NCBI GenBank assembly: GCA_043826455.1
Contig: JBDRQD010000043.1
Span: 1 to 42,647 of the forward strand
DNA: 42,647 bases
Reading direction: 5' to 3'
Source of the DNA: Candidatus Bathyarchaeota archaeon
GTDB taxonomy: Archaea > Thermoproteota > Bathyarchaeia > TCS64
Shown here piece by piece: positions 7,135 through 16,785 of this stretch (positions are counted from its first letter, which is position 1; each line of letters starts with the position of its first letter). The translations under genes and the position numbers were made by a program. The notes below the pieces were generated by a model that was not told the DNA's origin, did not search any database, and saw nothing but the letters and a program-made list of their open reading frames with translations.

Positions 7135-9341
7135 CGGGGCCGCCGAGACAGCCAAAGCCCAGCGGCGGCTGCGGCGATCACACCTGATATGATTAGGGCC
7201 TGGTTGTTGTCCTCCGTGGGCCGTTCAGATACCTCCACGGTTCCAACCAGCTCGTTGTTGGCTTCATCCACTTCATGTACAGCGTCCTCCTCGTCCACGA
7301 CGACCCTGATGCTGTACGCTCCTGGGGCGTCTGGGGTCCAAGCGAACTCGACGCCTCTGGCCTCTCCTGGGGGTAGCGGCCCAAGCCTGGTTGTCCCTTT
7401 TTTCAGGTCGTCTATGTAGAGGCTCACGTTGAGGGCCTCGGACGGGGCCTCGCCCATGTTGGACACGTTGAACGGTATGGTTTGAGGGACGCCGGCCGTC
7501 GCCTCCGAGGGGATGGCTCCTATGATGGTGAGGTCAGGTAAGGCCACGGCGTAGACGGTGAGGGGCGCGGTTACTCCTCCTACCCCCACATGGTGGAGGC
7601 CCGGCGTGTCCAGGGACAGGGTGAAGGTGACGAGTCTGCTTTCCCCCGGGCCCAGGTGGACGGTTCTCAGGGCCTTCGGGGCCTGGTCCACTTCCAGGAC
7701 CAGGGTGAATAGCGCCTCGCTGTCACCTATGTTCGCCACCTCGACTGAGACGGTCACCTCTTCCCCCATGCGCACGGCGTCGCTGCTCAGGGCCAGGCTT
7801 CGGATGGCCGCCCCCTCGATGAGCGACGCGGCCCCGATGGTCAGAGGTGAGCCCTGTAGCTCGCCTCGCCCCAGCCGGGCCCACACGGCGCCCAGCTTTG
7901 TCCCCGTGTCTCTGCACTGGAGCCAGCCGGAGCTGTAGTGGTACAGGCCCAGGTTACCGACATCGAGGGTATTGTTGGCGTCGTATCTCAGCTCCAGGTA
8001 CAGGGGCCACGTCACGAGGTCTGGGTCCCCAACGCTCAGGTCGAGGAAGCCGCCCACCTGCCCGGGGGGAACATGTTCGTCGGGGTGCGGGTTGTCTGGG
8101 TACATGAAAAACAGGATGGGGACCGCATCAGACGCGTTGACCGTGATGTGTCCGCGTTGGCCAGGGAGTTCCAGGGGGCCGCCCCGTGCTGTCAGCTCCA
8201 CCCAGTCCGTGTGCCCCGCGAGGGGACTCAGTACGTCTACCAGTATCGTGGCCTGTCCGCTCAGCCCCTCCTCGTCTGTCACCGCGAGAGTCACGTTGTG
8301 GAGCCCCGGCGACAGGTACCTGTGGCTAACGGCTACCCCCTCAGCGGTTGAGCCGTCCCCCAGGTCCCACGTGTAGGAGGCGATGCGGCCCTCAGGGTCG
8401 TGGGACCTGTAGGCGCTGAAACCCACCAGCTGGCTCACGAAACACGATCTGCGCTGGGTCACCACCGGGACCGGGGGCCTGTTGGGGGGCTCCGCGACGT
8501 CCAGCAGCTCGACGCGTCTGCTTGTGAGGCCTATGTTGTCTACCACGGTCAGGACCACGGTGTACAGGCCGGGCGCGCCGTAGGTATGGGTGACCTCCTT
8601 GCCGCGGAGGACGGCGCCGTCGCCCAGGTCCCAGATGTACTCCACGATCATGCCGTCGGCGTCGTATGAGGCCGACGCGTCGAAGGTCACTGCCTCGCCT
8701 GCGACGGTTTTTGGCGGGTTGAAGCGGGCCACGGGGGGCACCAGGGATGGCGCCGGAGTGACGGTGCCCGCCTCGGAGAGGGTTAAGGTGCGGGAGACGC
8801 CGCCCACGTCCACGTTGAATGTGCCCGCAGGGATGGGGGAGGTGTCGTAGCTGATGGTGTACCTGCCATCGCCTCCGACCGTGACGGTGGTCCTGGCCGT
8901 CACCTCGGTGGATACCTTGCCTGCGCCGGGGGCCGCGTCGCCCTTCACCTGGACGTCGTATCTTCCCTGGAGGACACCGCTCTGGGATATGGTGGCCACA
9001 CCGTTCACAGCCTCCTTGCTGACGCTTATCCAGATGCCTATCCTGACGGCCAGGACTAGGTTTTTCACGTTGGTGGCCTTCACGGTGAAGGAGTTGGGCC
9101 TCTGGGGGACCTCGACGCCCTTCAGCTCGAGGAGGTACTTTCCGCCGCTGACCTGGAGGTCCTTCTTGAACCTGATCTGGACGATGACCTCCTCGCTGGG
9201 GGCGGCCTTCACGTCTACTGTTAACACGTCTCCGCGGACGGGTTTCTCGGGGTAGACGGATACGGATGTGACGCCGCATGAAGCGGTGCAGACGGATAGG
9301 AACAGTAGGGCCAGTGTCACCGTGGCCGTGAGGCGTCTCAC
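6951..9341 (-). CDS. Cell-surface protein: signal peptide, two PKD domains, two CARDB/Ig-like domains, C-terminal TM anchor
   Basis: FDASASYDADG...WDLGDG...HTYGAPGLYTVVLTV-type unit twice; V-x-E-x-x-E-x-NN CARDB end; ALIISGVIAAAAAGLWLSRR anchor. Confidence 0.88.
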   Translation of the reverse strand: MRRLTATVTLALLFLSVCTASCGVTSVSVYPEKPVRGDVLTVDVKAAPSEEVIVQIRFKKDLQVSGGKYLLELKGVEVPQRPNSFTVKATNVKNLVLAVRIGIWISVSKEAVNGVATISQSGVLQGRYDVQVKGDAAPGAGKVSTEVTARTTVTVGGDGRYTISYDTSPIPAGTFNVDVGGVSRTLTLSEAGTVTPAPSLVPPVARFNPPKTVAGEAVTFDASASYDADGMIVEYIWDLGDGAVLRGKEVTHTYGAPGLYTVVLTVVDNIGLTSRRVELLDVAEPPNRPPVPVVTQRRSCFVSQLVGFSAYRSHDPEGRIASYTWDLGDGSTAEGVAVSHRYLSPGLHNVTLAVTDEEGLSGQATILVDVLSPLAGHTDWVELTARGGPLELPGQRGHITVNASDAVPILFFMYPDNPHPDEHVPPGQVGGFLDLSVGDPDLVTWPLYLELRYDANNTLDVGNLGLYHYSSGWLQCRDTGTKLGAVWARLGRGELQGSPLTIGAASLIEGAAIRSLALSSDAVRMGEEVTVSVEVANIGDSEALFTLVLEVDQAPKALRTVHLGPGESRLVTFTLSLDTPGLHHVGVGGVTAPLTVYAVALPDLTIIGAIPSEATAGVPQTIPFNVSNMGEAPSEALNVSLYIDDLKKGTTRLGPLPPGEARGVEFAWTPDAPGAYSIRVVVDEEDAVHEVDEANNELVGTVEVSERPTEDNNQALIISGVIAAAAAGLWLSRRPRQSSLGEASAARTPEPSNGNSITGASTTAGSKAPHPTVNVVATRPQRTLRSTRTAGADARL

Positions 9342-9404
9342 ATCTCCTTATTTAGTGTCACATGTACATGAGTGTTAATGTTCACTGCGTCCCTGGTGAG
9401 TGGT

Positions 9405-9653
9405 TTAACCTCTTTTCAGCAGCTCGTCCACCAGGGCCACGTACTCCCGGAGGCCCTCGCTTATGAGTACCAGGGCCGCCAGGAGCCAGACCGTCAGGTC
9501 CCCCAGGTACAGCACCTTGACGGCGCCAGGGGCCTGGCCCCGGTAGTAGGCGTAGTACTCAACGGCTAGGACACCGCAGACTATGCCCAGCACCATCTTG
9601 AAGAGGGGGTACAGGAGCACCACCTTGCCCACCACCCTCACCTGTACCGTCAT
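9405..9653 (-). CDS. Small membrane protein (2 TM)
   Basis: ORF track; hydrophobic segments; GC3 bias; co-oriented with flanking surface-protein genes. Confidence 0.7.
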   Translation of the reverse strand: MTVQVRVVGKVVLLYPLFKMVLGIVCGVLAVEYYAYYRGQAPGAVKVLYLGDLTVWLLAALVLISEGLREYVALVDELLKRG

Positions 9654-9739
9654 ACGTGTCTAGAGGGGTACACGCACCACAATATGGAGACTGTCACACG
9701 CGGAGCTGCGGCCCGGTCATACTGAAAGAAAAATAGAGA

Positions 9740-12427
9740 TCAGGGGGCCACCGCTGATCTCCTCTGGCTGTATATGATGTAGCCCACCGCCGTCACCACG
9801 ACGACGGCTGCCAGGACGGCCGCCCACGGGACCCCAGGCGGCGGGGGCGGGGGGGCCGTGACGGTGAAGCCGCCTGTCAGGCTGCCCACAGCCACCGTGT
9901 ATGCGCCCGCCGTGTTCCTGGTCACCGTGAAGGACACTGTTGTGCTGGAGCCGGGGTCGAGGGTAACTGTCCGGGTGTCCTCCTGGACGCCATTTATCTT
10001 CAGCTCCACGGAGGTGGAGCCTCTCAGGCCGCCGGTGTTCGTCGCCTTCACCGTGACTGTCACGGGGACGCCCGGCTCCACCGTGGCAGGGTTCACCGTG
10101 AGGTCGCTGAGGGTGAAGGACGCGGGCCCGGACGCCGGCTGCACCGTAAACGAGCCGGTGAGGCCGTTGACGTCAACGCTGTAAGACCCCGCCTGGACCC
10201 TGGACACAGTCCACTCCACTGTCTGCCGCTGCCCCGGCTGCAGGGTGAGCTTCCGGGTGCCCTCGGTGACACCATTCACCCGCAGGGTCAGGGTGTACGA
10301 GCCTGGCTCTGCGCCCACGTTCTCGACCTGGACGCTGACCGTGACAGCCTGGCCGGGCGGGGCCGTGGCTGGGCTCACCTGGAGGCCGCTGAGCTGGAAC
10401 TCGCCCACCTCAGGCAGCCGCTCCACGGTCTCCGGGGGCAGATAGGCGAATAGGGCGCTCCTCTCCGCGGCGGACATGCCTCTCCACATCTCTGAGAGGA
10501 AGCTATCCGAGAAGTAGCTGAACACCTCACCCAGCTCATCAAGGCTCCCCACGTCTATCCACGTAGAGACCACATCAAATACCTTAGCGGTATCCATGGC
10601 CTCCAACACCGTCGCGACTGTTGATGGCGTCTCAGGCAGGCTAGCAATCTCTATGAAAATGTTCACCAGGGTCCCCGTGTCAGCGTTTTTAAGCGTTTCA
10701 GCGACGTGGCGAAGCATCTCCCTGGCCCTAGCCGGGTCCGTCTCCCCCAGCCTCAGCTTGATTGCCTCCTCGACCCGTTTGGCTGCCTCGCGGAGGTTGT
10801 CCTGAGCCATGCCCTCCACGATCCTTGCCGCCGCCTCGGGTGAGGTCTCTAGGAGTATCTCTGCTGCCTTTTTCTTGTTCAGCATGTTCATGTAGGCGCC
10901 GAACTGCGCAGTCTTGCCGGCGCGAACCGCCTCCTCAAGGACCCGGGCCACTTTAATTGTGGTCATCTCGCCGAGAATGGCCGCGGCCTTGGAGGCCTCC
11001 AAGGCCGTCAAGACCCGCACCACGACACCATTCTCGGCCTCGTTCATGATTGCGGCGGCTGCCTTTGTCTGCATCTCCTTGACGATGGCTGCAGCGTTAG
11101 CCGTAGCCATTCTGCCCATGATGCTGGCTGCCTTCTTGGCCGTGATCTGGCTCATGATGTTTGCAGCCGTGGCTGGGCCCATGGCCGCCAGGGCGGTGGC
11201 AGCCTCAGTATCGCCCATGGCCTGGACCTGCCCGGGGGTGGGCGGGGCCGGCGGGGTCGGGCCTGGGGCGGGTGGGCCGCTTACGGTGACCTCCCGCTGG
11301 TGGAAGGCCACCAGCTTGTCGCTGACGCCCTCCCAGACGCCTATCAGGACGATGAACTTACCCGCGTTCAGGCCGGTGGTGGTCACCGGCACAGTCTTCG
11401 TGGTGTCCGTGGTGTAGTCGGTGAAGGCGGCTGAGAACTCGGCTCCGCTGTAGGCCTCGTTGAGCTTGGCGATTAGCTGGTCCTTGTCTAGGCCTTCCAG
11501 GCCGATGCCGGCGAGGCTGAAGCTGTCCGCCGTGCCCTCTAGCAGCGTCGCGCCTCTGCCCGTTAGGCTGGTGCCCTCGGTGGAGCCGTCGCTGGTGAGC
11601 ACCAGGTCTACCTTGTACTTGGACTGCTGGATGATGACGGCCCCGTACCTGCGGCTGGCTGCGCCGGCCCCCGTCAGCTGTACCTGTATCTGGAGGTCAG
11701 TGCCCCTGGTGACCGAGGATGGGGCCGTAACCGTGGACGGGTAGTCCAGCACCTCTATGGCGGTGGCCGAGTACACGTCCAGTGTGTACGGGTTGCCCGG
11801 GTTCTCGTCAACTATGACTAGGGCGTAGTCCCCCGCTGGCAGGGTGCCTATTGTCTTGGATACCAGGTCGCCGTCCACGTTCAGAGTCTCGGTGGAGCTG
11901 TAGACGCTGCTAGCAAGTATCGACTTCATCGCTGATGTGTCGCCCCTGAAGGCGTCGCTGGCAGCGTCTCTGAGAGCCGTTGCTGTGACGGGGATGACTC
12001 GGACGGACACCGTCTTACCGGCGTGGGCGGTGGAGCCGCGGAACGTGTATGTTATGGTCTGGGCCGGTGTGTGGGTCTGGTGCTTGGAGGGTGGGTACTG
12101 GACGGTTCTGCCGTTGAGGTTGTACGTCGCCAGGGTTACCTGGTTGCCGCTGCGGGTGTAAGTGGCCTGCGTTACGCCACTGTACTTCATGGTGATCTGG
12201 GGTAGGGCAGCGTCGGTTCCTCCGCCCAGGGTGATCCAGTTGCCTTCCATGGGGCTGCTGGTGTGGTCGGCGAACCTGATGGTGTCAACGAAGCCTGGGC
12301 CCAACACCTGTACGACTAGGGGGTAGGTGGCGTCGGGCGGCGGAGGCGCTGCGCTTACCGGGGTAGCTATGATGGTTAGAAGTGCCAAGATGAGTACGGT
12401 TCTGAGCCTTTGAGGGTGTCTCTTCAT
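9740..12427 (-). CDS. Large surface protein: TIGR04279-like extracellular domain, Pro linker, MgtE-N/FliG-like helical repeats, two CARDB domains, TM anchor
   Basis: Signal peptide; FADHT..EGNWITLGGG...LP motif; repeated M-x-x-x-x-AA-x-I-(M/L) units; duplicated SxLxVxPxT...VTVxVxxxNxG; PPPPPPGVPW + TM + RR. Confidence 0.82.
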   Translation of the reverse strand: MKRHPQRLRTVLILALLTIIATPVSAAPPPPDATYPLVVQVLGPGFVDTIRFADHTSSPMEGNWITLGGGTDAALPQITMKYSGVTQATYTRSGNQVTLATYNLNGRTVQYPPSKHQTHTPAQTITYTFRGSTAHAGKTVSVRVIPVTATALRDAASDAFRGDTSAMKSILASSVYSSTETLNVDGDLVSKTIGTLPAGDYALVIVDENPGNPYTLDVYSATAIEVLDYPSTVTAPSSVTRGTDLQIQVQLTGAGAASRRYGAVIIQQSKYKVDLVLTSDGSTEGTSLTGRGATLLEGTADSFSLAGIGLEGLDKDQLIAKLNEAYSGAEFSAAFTDYTTDTTKTVPVTTTGLNAGKFIVLIGVWEGVSDKLVAFHQREVTVSGPPAPGPTPPAPPTPGQVQAMGDTEAATALAAMGPATAANIMSQITAKKAASIMGRMATANAAAIVKEMQTKAAAAIMNEAENGVVVRVLTALEASKAAAILGEMTTIKVARVLEEAVRAGKTAQFGAYMNMLNKKKAAEILLETSPEAAARIVEGMAQDNLREAAKRVEEAIKLRLGETDPARAREMLRHVAETLKNADTGTLVNIFIEIASLPETPSTVATVLEAMDTAKVFDVVSTWIDVGSLDELGEVFSYFSDSFLSEMWRGMSAAERSALFAYLPPETVERLPEVGEFQLSGLQVSPATAPPGQAVTVSVQVENVGAEPGSYTLTLRVNGVTEGTRKLTLQPGQRQTVEWTVSRVQAGSYSVDVNGLTGSFTVQPASGPASFTLSDLTVNPATVEPGVPVTVTVKATNTGGLRGSTSVELKINGVQEDTRTVTLDPGSSTTVSFTVTRNTAGAYTVAVGSLTGGFTVTAPPPPPPGVPWAAVLAAVVVVTAVGYIIYSQRRSAVAP

Positions 12428-12632
12428 GGTGTCTGCCTCACGTGTATGGGCAATTATCTAGATATTTAATGTTTAGTCTAATATGAACATATATTTTAGT
12501 TAGGCCCGGTCGAGGGCTGGTGGTGGATCGGTGTTAGGTATCATGGTTTGCTGATACCCTTCTCTAGAAATGACAGGTAGCGGCCCTTCATAATGATTAA
12601 AGGGGTTCGCCCTGTGCTTGGAGTGCTCTGGG

Positions 12633-12878
12633 ATGCATGCACTGGGTAGGCTGCTGGGCTTTATGCTCCGGAAGAGGGGTGAGATCGCCGTCTTCGCGGC
12701 CTACCTGTGCATGGTGTTCACGTTCTTGGTGGCTTATCTGCATCCTACCAGGTCGGCGCTGGTGGCGGTGAACGGGTTCAACGAGGCTAACCTGGAGCTG
12801 CTGCTTATACTGGTGTCGCTGCCTGCTGCGGCCCAGTTCCTGTTCTCCAGCATGGCCCGGGATGGCCGTGAAGGATAG
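12633..12878 (+). CDS. Small membrane protein (2 TM)
   Basis: Track ORF 12618..12878, ATG at 12633 preferred; two hydrophobic helices. Confidence 0.65.
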   Translation: MHALGRLLGFMLRKRGEIAVFAAYLCMVFTFLVAYLHPTRSALVAVNGFNEANLELLLILVSLPAAAQFLFSSMARDGREG

Positions 12879-12892
12879 GCCTGTTCTCTGAC

Positions 12893-12904
12893 TTTTAAAA
12901 AAAG
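12893..12904. terminator. Bidirectional T/A-tract between convergent genes
   Basis: TTTT followed by an A-run between the stops at 12878 (+) and 12914 (-). Confidence 0.4.
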
Positions 12905-12913
12905 GGTTGAGGG

Positions 12914-13399
12914 TTAGTAGACCCACCTGTCTATGATGCTGCCGGCGGTTATGGGCTCCTCCACGTACCACGCCTTCTCCAGGACTGCCTCGTCCAGGAG
13001 GGTGCCCGTCTCGGCGTCCATGAGCTGGAACAGGGCGTCGTAGTGCTTGCCGGCCATCTCCTCGGTCAGCTCCAGGGCGCCCAGCTCCATGTGCTTGTAG
13101 GCGCCGGGCTCCAGACTGGTGTCCTCCAAGGCGGCTGTCTCCCACTGGCCGGTGCCGTGCTCCGCGTACTTGACCCTGATGATGTATCCTGTGGCCTTGG
13201 TGCCCGTGTTCATTATCTTGGCTCTGAAGTTGACGGTGTCCCCGGGCTTCTTGGTGAGCTGGGTCTCGGTGGCCTGGGCCATGGGTATGAGTGAGCCGGC
13301 CTTCTCGGGCCTGAGGATGATGTCTCCGACGGCCAGGGTGAAGGTGAGGGCCAGGATGATCAGGGTTACCAGTAACGGCGCTATTGCTCTGCGCTTCAT
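12914..13399 (-). CDS. Secreted or membrane-anchored Ig-like protein
   Basis: MKRRAIAPLLVTLIILAL signal; beta-rich CARDB-like body; ATG at 13399 preferred within track ORF. Confidence 0.72.
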   Translation of the reverse strand: MKRRAIAPLLVTLIILALTFTLAVGDIILRPEKAGSLIPMAQATETQLTKKPGDTVNFRAKIMNTGTKATGYIIRVKYAEHGTGQWETAALEDTSLEPGAYKHMELGALELTEEMAGKHYDALFQLMDAETGTLLDEAVLEKAWYVEEPITAGSIIDRWVY

Positions 13400-13740
13400 T
13401 TCTCTCCCGGGGTTGGGTGGGTTCAACGTTTTTTAAAGGGTTGTCGAGGCTGGGTACCCACCCTGGGACTGGTTTTAGGGTATGTAGTGGTGCTTGTGTT
13501 TGGTTGTTTTATGTTGATGTGACGCTGCGTTGATACGGCGGTCTTTCAATGGTTTTAATCTCCGAGTTAAGGGCGTTGTCCGTTTGATCCTGTTTTGTCA
13601 CGGTTGGTTGACGCGTTCCCGTGTTTTTTGCTTAATCCCGTTAAATGCGTGTATGTTTGTGCATTGATATTTATCTGATGTATAAACCGTGGTTCCATCA
13701 AGCGTAAATCGTGGCCGCCTAACGATGTTGGGGGGAGTTA

Positions 13741-13947
13741 GTGGTTTCCATGTCGTCGGGTGAGGAGGCCTCCGAGTCTTCTCAGGATTCCAATGTTTTC
13801 GGCAAGTTCGCGGTGGCTTCGGTCCTGTTGATGGTTTACATGCTGGTTCAGAGGAACTTGGGCATGTCGGCGGTTTTTTTTACTTTGGCCACGTTCCTGT
13901 ATGCGCTGGATATCAGGAGGAGGCCGGGGCGGCTGTCCCTGGTGTAG
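13741..13947 (+). CDS. Small membrane protein (2 TM)
   Basis: ORF track; two hydrophobic helices; GGAG upstream. Confidence 0.6.
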   Translation: MVSMSSGEEASESSQDSNVFGKFAVASVLLMVYMLVQRNLGMSAVFFTLATFLYALDIRRRPGRLSLV

Positions 13948-13971
13948 GGCTGCTTGTCGTGGCTGCTGTGT

Positions 13972-14775
13972 TTAAGGGGAGCTCTTACCGAGCCGCTCTA
14001 TTATTCCATCGTAGGTTTTCAGGGCGGTCAAGCCTTCCTCTGTGATCCTGTACGCGTACCTGGAGGCTGAGGCCTTCTCCTTGGTGAGGTACCCTTTGGT
14101 GACCAGGTCGTTGACCATGTCCTTGCCGGGTTTCCAGGGGATGACGGTCTTGTTCAGAATCCTGTTGAGCACCGTCTCTCCTTTGCTGACGGCTTTGAGG
14201 ATGTCGTGGTACCTGTCCATGGCGGAGCGGCTCTTTACCTGGTACACGGCTTGGAGCTCCTTTGTGGGCGCCCTTTTTCCTTTGACTCTGTGGATGGCCT
14301 CGGCTATCTCGTTGGTGAAGGCTTCGGCGGTCTTGGTGTCCTCATCTGAGAAGTGGCCGGGGTGCCGGTTCTCGAAGTTGATGGTGCCCAGGACCTGGCC
14401 TTGGTGGATTATGGGGACGCACATCTCTGACAGCATCCGGATGTTGCTTCCGCCCGGCAGGTAGTCGGGGTCTTTTCGTGTGTCTTTCACGAGCTGGGTC
14501 TGGCCTGTCTTGACAGTGCGGGTGTTTATGCTGGGCTGGTCCAGTTTCAGGCTGTGGCTGCTTAGGTTATCCTGTTCTCCTATGGTGCTGACTGGTCTGA
14601 GGGTGTCTCCGTCTGTCACGGCTAGCGCGACTTTGGTGGTGGGGATGATGGAGAACATCATGGTTGTGGCGAACATGGCCACGTCCTCGATGGTGTGGAA
14701 CTGGGTCAGGGTCTCCCTTGTGAACCTGAGCTTTCCCTCCATATCACCACTCACGCGTGATACTCTGGGGGTCAT
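13972..14775 (-). CDS. One-component regulator: GAF + C-terminal winged helix
   Basis: KTGQTQLVKDTRKDPDY...LSEMCVPI..GTINFE GAF; RSAMDRYHDILKAV...LVTKGYL...YRITEEG archaeal wHTH. Confidence 0.85.
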   Translation of the reverse strand: MTPRVSRVSGDMEGKLRFTRETLTQFHTIEDVAMFATTMMFSIIPTTKVALAVTDGDTLRPVSTIGEQDNLSSHSLKLDQPSINTRTVKTGQTQLVKDTRKDPDYLPGGSNIRMLSEMCVPIIHQGQVLGTINFENRHPGHFSDEDTKTAEAFTNEIAEAIHRVKGKRAPTKELQAVYQVKSRSAMDRYHDILKAVSKGETVLNRILNKTVIPWKPGKDMVNDLVTKGYLTKEKASASRYAYRITEEGLTALKTYDGIIERLGKSSP

Positions 14776-14877
14776 TATATCCTGTAAGGTCGAGTTTGAT
14801 CATTTATAAGGTTTGATGAATCGTGATCAGCTACAGATGTTTGACAGTTTATGGCTTGTTTCTTCTTGTCTCGGTCA

Positions 14878-14993
14878 TGTAGGCTTCTAGGTCTTCTCTG
14901 GTGACTTTCCAGTGTATTATCTAGTGGCATGTGCGTGCGCTTTATCCGATACTAAAAGATGTTGGATGGCGCTTTGTTTAGGGCTAACCAATA
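14878..14993 (+). repeat. Copy 1 of a ~115-bp imperfect direct repeat containing ATCCGATA-N8-TGTTGGAT
   Basis: Aligns with 16446-16565 (tgtaggcttc.aggtcttctctggtg...ttatct...gcgct..atccgata); dyad at 14944-14967, degenerate half-site at 14986-14993. Confidence 0.8.
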
Positions 14994-15052
14994 TTATCGT
15001 TTGACGTAGTTTTCATATAGCTCGGTTCGTTGTTTTTAATCAACTTAATTTA

Positions 15053-15487
15053 ATGGTGATAGCCTTGAGAAGACAGCGGATGATGATGCAGAGGAGTCAG
15101 GTGGAGGAGCACTTGAGCCAGGTCCAGGGGGAAGAGGTGTTCTCTGCTGCCAAGTATGTGATCGACTCCGTCTACGAGGATAAGTTCAGGGTGCTGGTGT
15201 CGCGTCAAAAGGAGCCGATACCCAAGTCGGCTGGTGTCAAGGGCTTGGCCCGTTTTGATGTGTGGGAGCCTGTGGAGGAGGATGAGTTTATGATCCGTGA
15301 GAAGAGGCGTGCCTTCTCCGAGTTTGGGATAAGGGCGGACCAGGTGGAGGAGGGGCGGGTCTTCGTGAGAATCCCTGCCGACGGGAAGGCCAAGGCCCTT
15401 GAGATCACCGAGTTCGTCAGGGATGAGAGTAAGAGCCAGTATCTTGCGTTGGTAAAAAAGGAGCGGACCCGCAGGAGGTCGATCTAG
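15053..15487 (+). CDS. DUF3006-like hypothetical protein
   Basis: KYVIDSVYEDKFRVLV, QVEEGRVF and C-terminal helix resemble DUF3006, a family often adjacent to ComEC-type MBL genes; abuts the next gene. Confidence 0.6.
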   Translation: MVIALRRQRMMMQRSQVEEHLSQVQGEEVFSAAKYVIDSVYEDKFRVLVSRQKEPIPKSAGVKGLARFDVWEPVEEDEFMIREKRRAFSEFGIRADQVEEGRVFVRIPADGKAKALEITEFVRDESKSQYLALVKKERTRRRSI

Positions 15488-16396
15488 GTGAGTGTAGACC
15501 TCAAGGCGGACACCCTCTCGGTTCACGTACTGAACGTGGGGGATGGCGACAGCATCGTGGTGGAGCTGCCTGAGGAGAGGGGCAGCCGCTCCCACATAGT
15601 GGTGGACTGTAAACGCGGCGACAAGAGTATCAAGTACCTTAAGCAGCTGGGCGCCAAGAGGCTGGAGCTGGTGGTGGCGTCGCATCCTCACGCGGACCAC
15701 ATCAATGGGCTGGTGGCCGTCATGAAGGAGTACGGTGACGTGGAGCAGTTCTGGGACAGCGGCTTCCGCCACAACTCGGACACCTGGTACGAGCTGGTGA
15801 GGTACGTCCGGGATGATAGGCCCGAGGTCCAGTTCATCAGGCCCACCTCCGGCTTGACCACGGTCATGTCAGGGGTTGAGGTCACGGTGCTGGCTCCTTC
15901 GATATCTCTGAGGAACAGGTACGACACGTATGGGGTGAACATCAACAACTCGTCCATCGTCCTGAAGCTCACCTACAAGGATGAGACAATAATATTGGCG
16001 GGGGACGCCCAGTTGGAGAGCTGGGGGAAGGTCACCGAGGAGTTCCCCCACTTCGAGAAGACGTCGAACCCTTCGCAGCACATCAAGGTGGAGAAGAACT
16101 ATTTCCCCCTGGACTGCAGGTTCCTGAAGGTGTCTCACCACGGGAGTAAGCACGGCACGGCCCTGGAGGTTGTCGAGAAGCTGAAGCCGAACGTGGCGGC
16201 GATATCGTGTGACAGTCCCTCCGAGTACGGTTTCCCGCATCACCTGGCCACGGACTCGATAGAGGAGGTGACCAAGAAGGTGTTGGTGTCTCACAAGGGG
16301 TCGATCGTGTTCTGGGTGAACGGGGACGGCTCCAAGGGGGTCCACCAGTACACTGAGGGTAAGTACCAGGTTCCCCCGGGGCCCAACCGGGTCTAA
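15488..16396 (+). CDS. ComEC/Rec2-type metallo-beta-lactamase-fold hydrolase (probable nuclease), no membrane channel domain
   Basis: LNVGDGDS, SHPHADHING, NNSSIV, LAGDA, KVSHHGS, YGFPH. Confidence 0.9.
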   Translation: MSVDLKADTLSVHVLNVGDGDSIVVELPEERGSRSHIVVDCKRGDKSIKYLKQLGAKRLELVVASHPHADHINGLVAVMKEYGDVEQFWDSGFRHNSDTWYELVRYVRDDRPEVQFIRPTSGLTTVMSGVEVTVLAPSISLRNRYDTYGVNINNSSIVLKLTYKDETIILAGDAQLESWGKVTEEFPHFEKTSNPSQHIKVEKNYFPLDCRFLKVSHHGSKHGTALEVVEKLKPNVAAISCDSPSEYGFPHHLATDSIEEVTKKVLVSHKGSIVFWVNGDGSKGVHQYTEGKYQVPPGPNRV

Positions 16397-16445
16397 TATT
16401 TTTATTGTTGTTGAAGATTTCTTTGATCACCCTTCACCTCAGCGG

Positions 16446-16581
16446 TGTAGGCTTCCAGGTCTTCTCTGGTGGTTTATTGGTTTGTTATCTCGTTTGCGGT
16501 GGCCGTGTGCGCTCCATCCGATACGAAATGATATCGGATAGCGCTTCATTTTGTGCTATCCGATATGCCAGAGTATTGGAT
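16446..16581 (+). repeat. Copy 2 of the direct repeat, with two ATCCGATA-N8-TAT(C/T)GGAT dyads
   Basis: Dyads at 16516-16539 and 16558-16581, 42 bp apart. Confidence 0.8.
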
Positions 16582-16785
16582 AAACGAGGTCGGTGTGTGA
16601 TGGGGCTTCTGGTCTTGGCTGGTTGTTTTTCTTTTTCCTAGGATGATCCATGTGGGTATGGCTGCTATGGTGAGCCAGATGATCCACTGGTGTTGGTCGA
16701 GGTAGCCTTCGGTTATGAGGGCTAGGAGGATTAGGGCTGCGAAGATGATGGGTAGCTCCCTGGGCTTGATGGATAGCTGGGTCAT
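16546..16785 (-). CDS. Small membrane protein
   Basis: ORF track; two hydrophobic helices; abuts the upstream ORF. Confidence 0.6.
   Translation of the reverse strand: MTQLSIKPRELPIIFAALILLALITEGYLDQHQWIIWLTIAAIPTWIILGKRKTTSQDQKPHHTPTSFIQYSGISDSTK

Noticed and set aside
8392..9279. 295-aa alternative-frame ORF inside the PKD gene, plus many antisense ORFs in 7-13 kb
   Set aside because: Typical GC-rich shadow frames; unlike 6820-7134 they carry no family motifs
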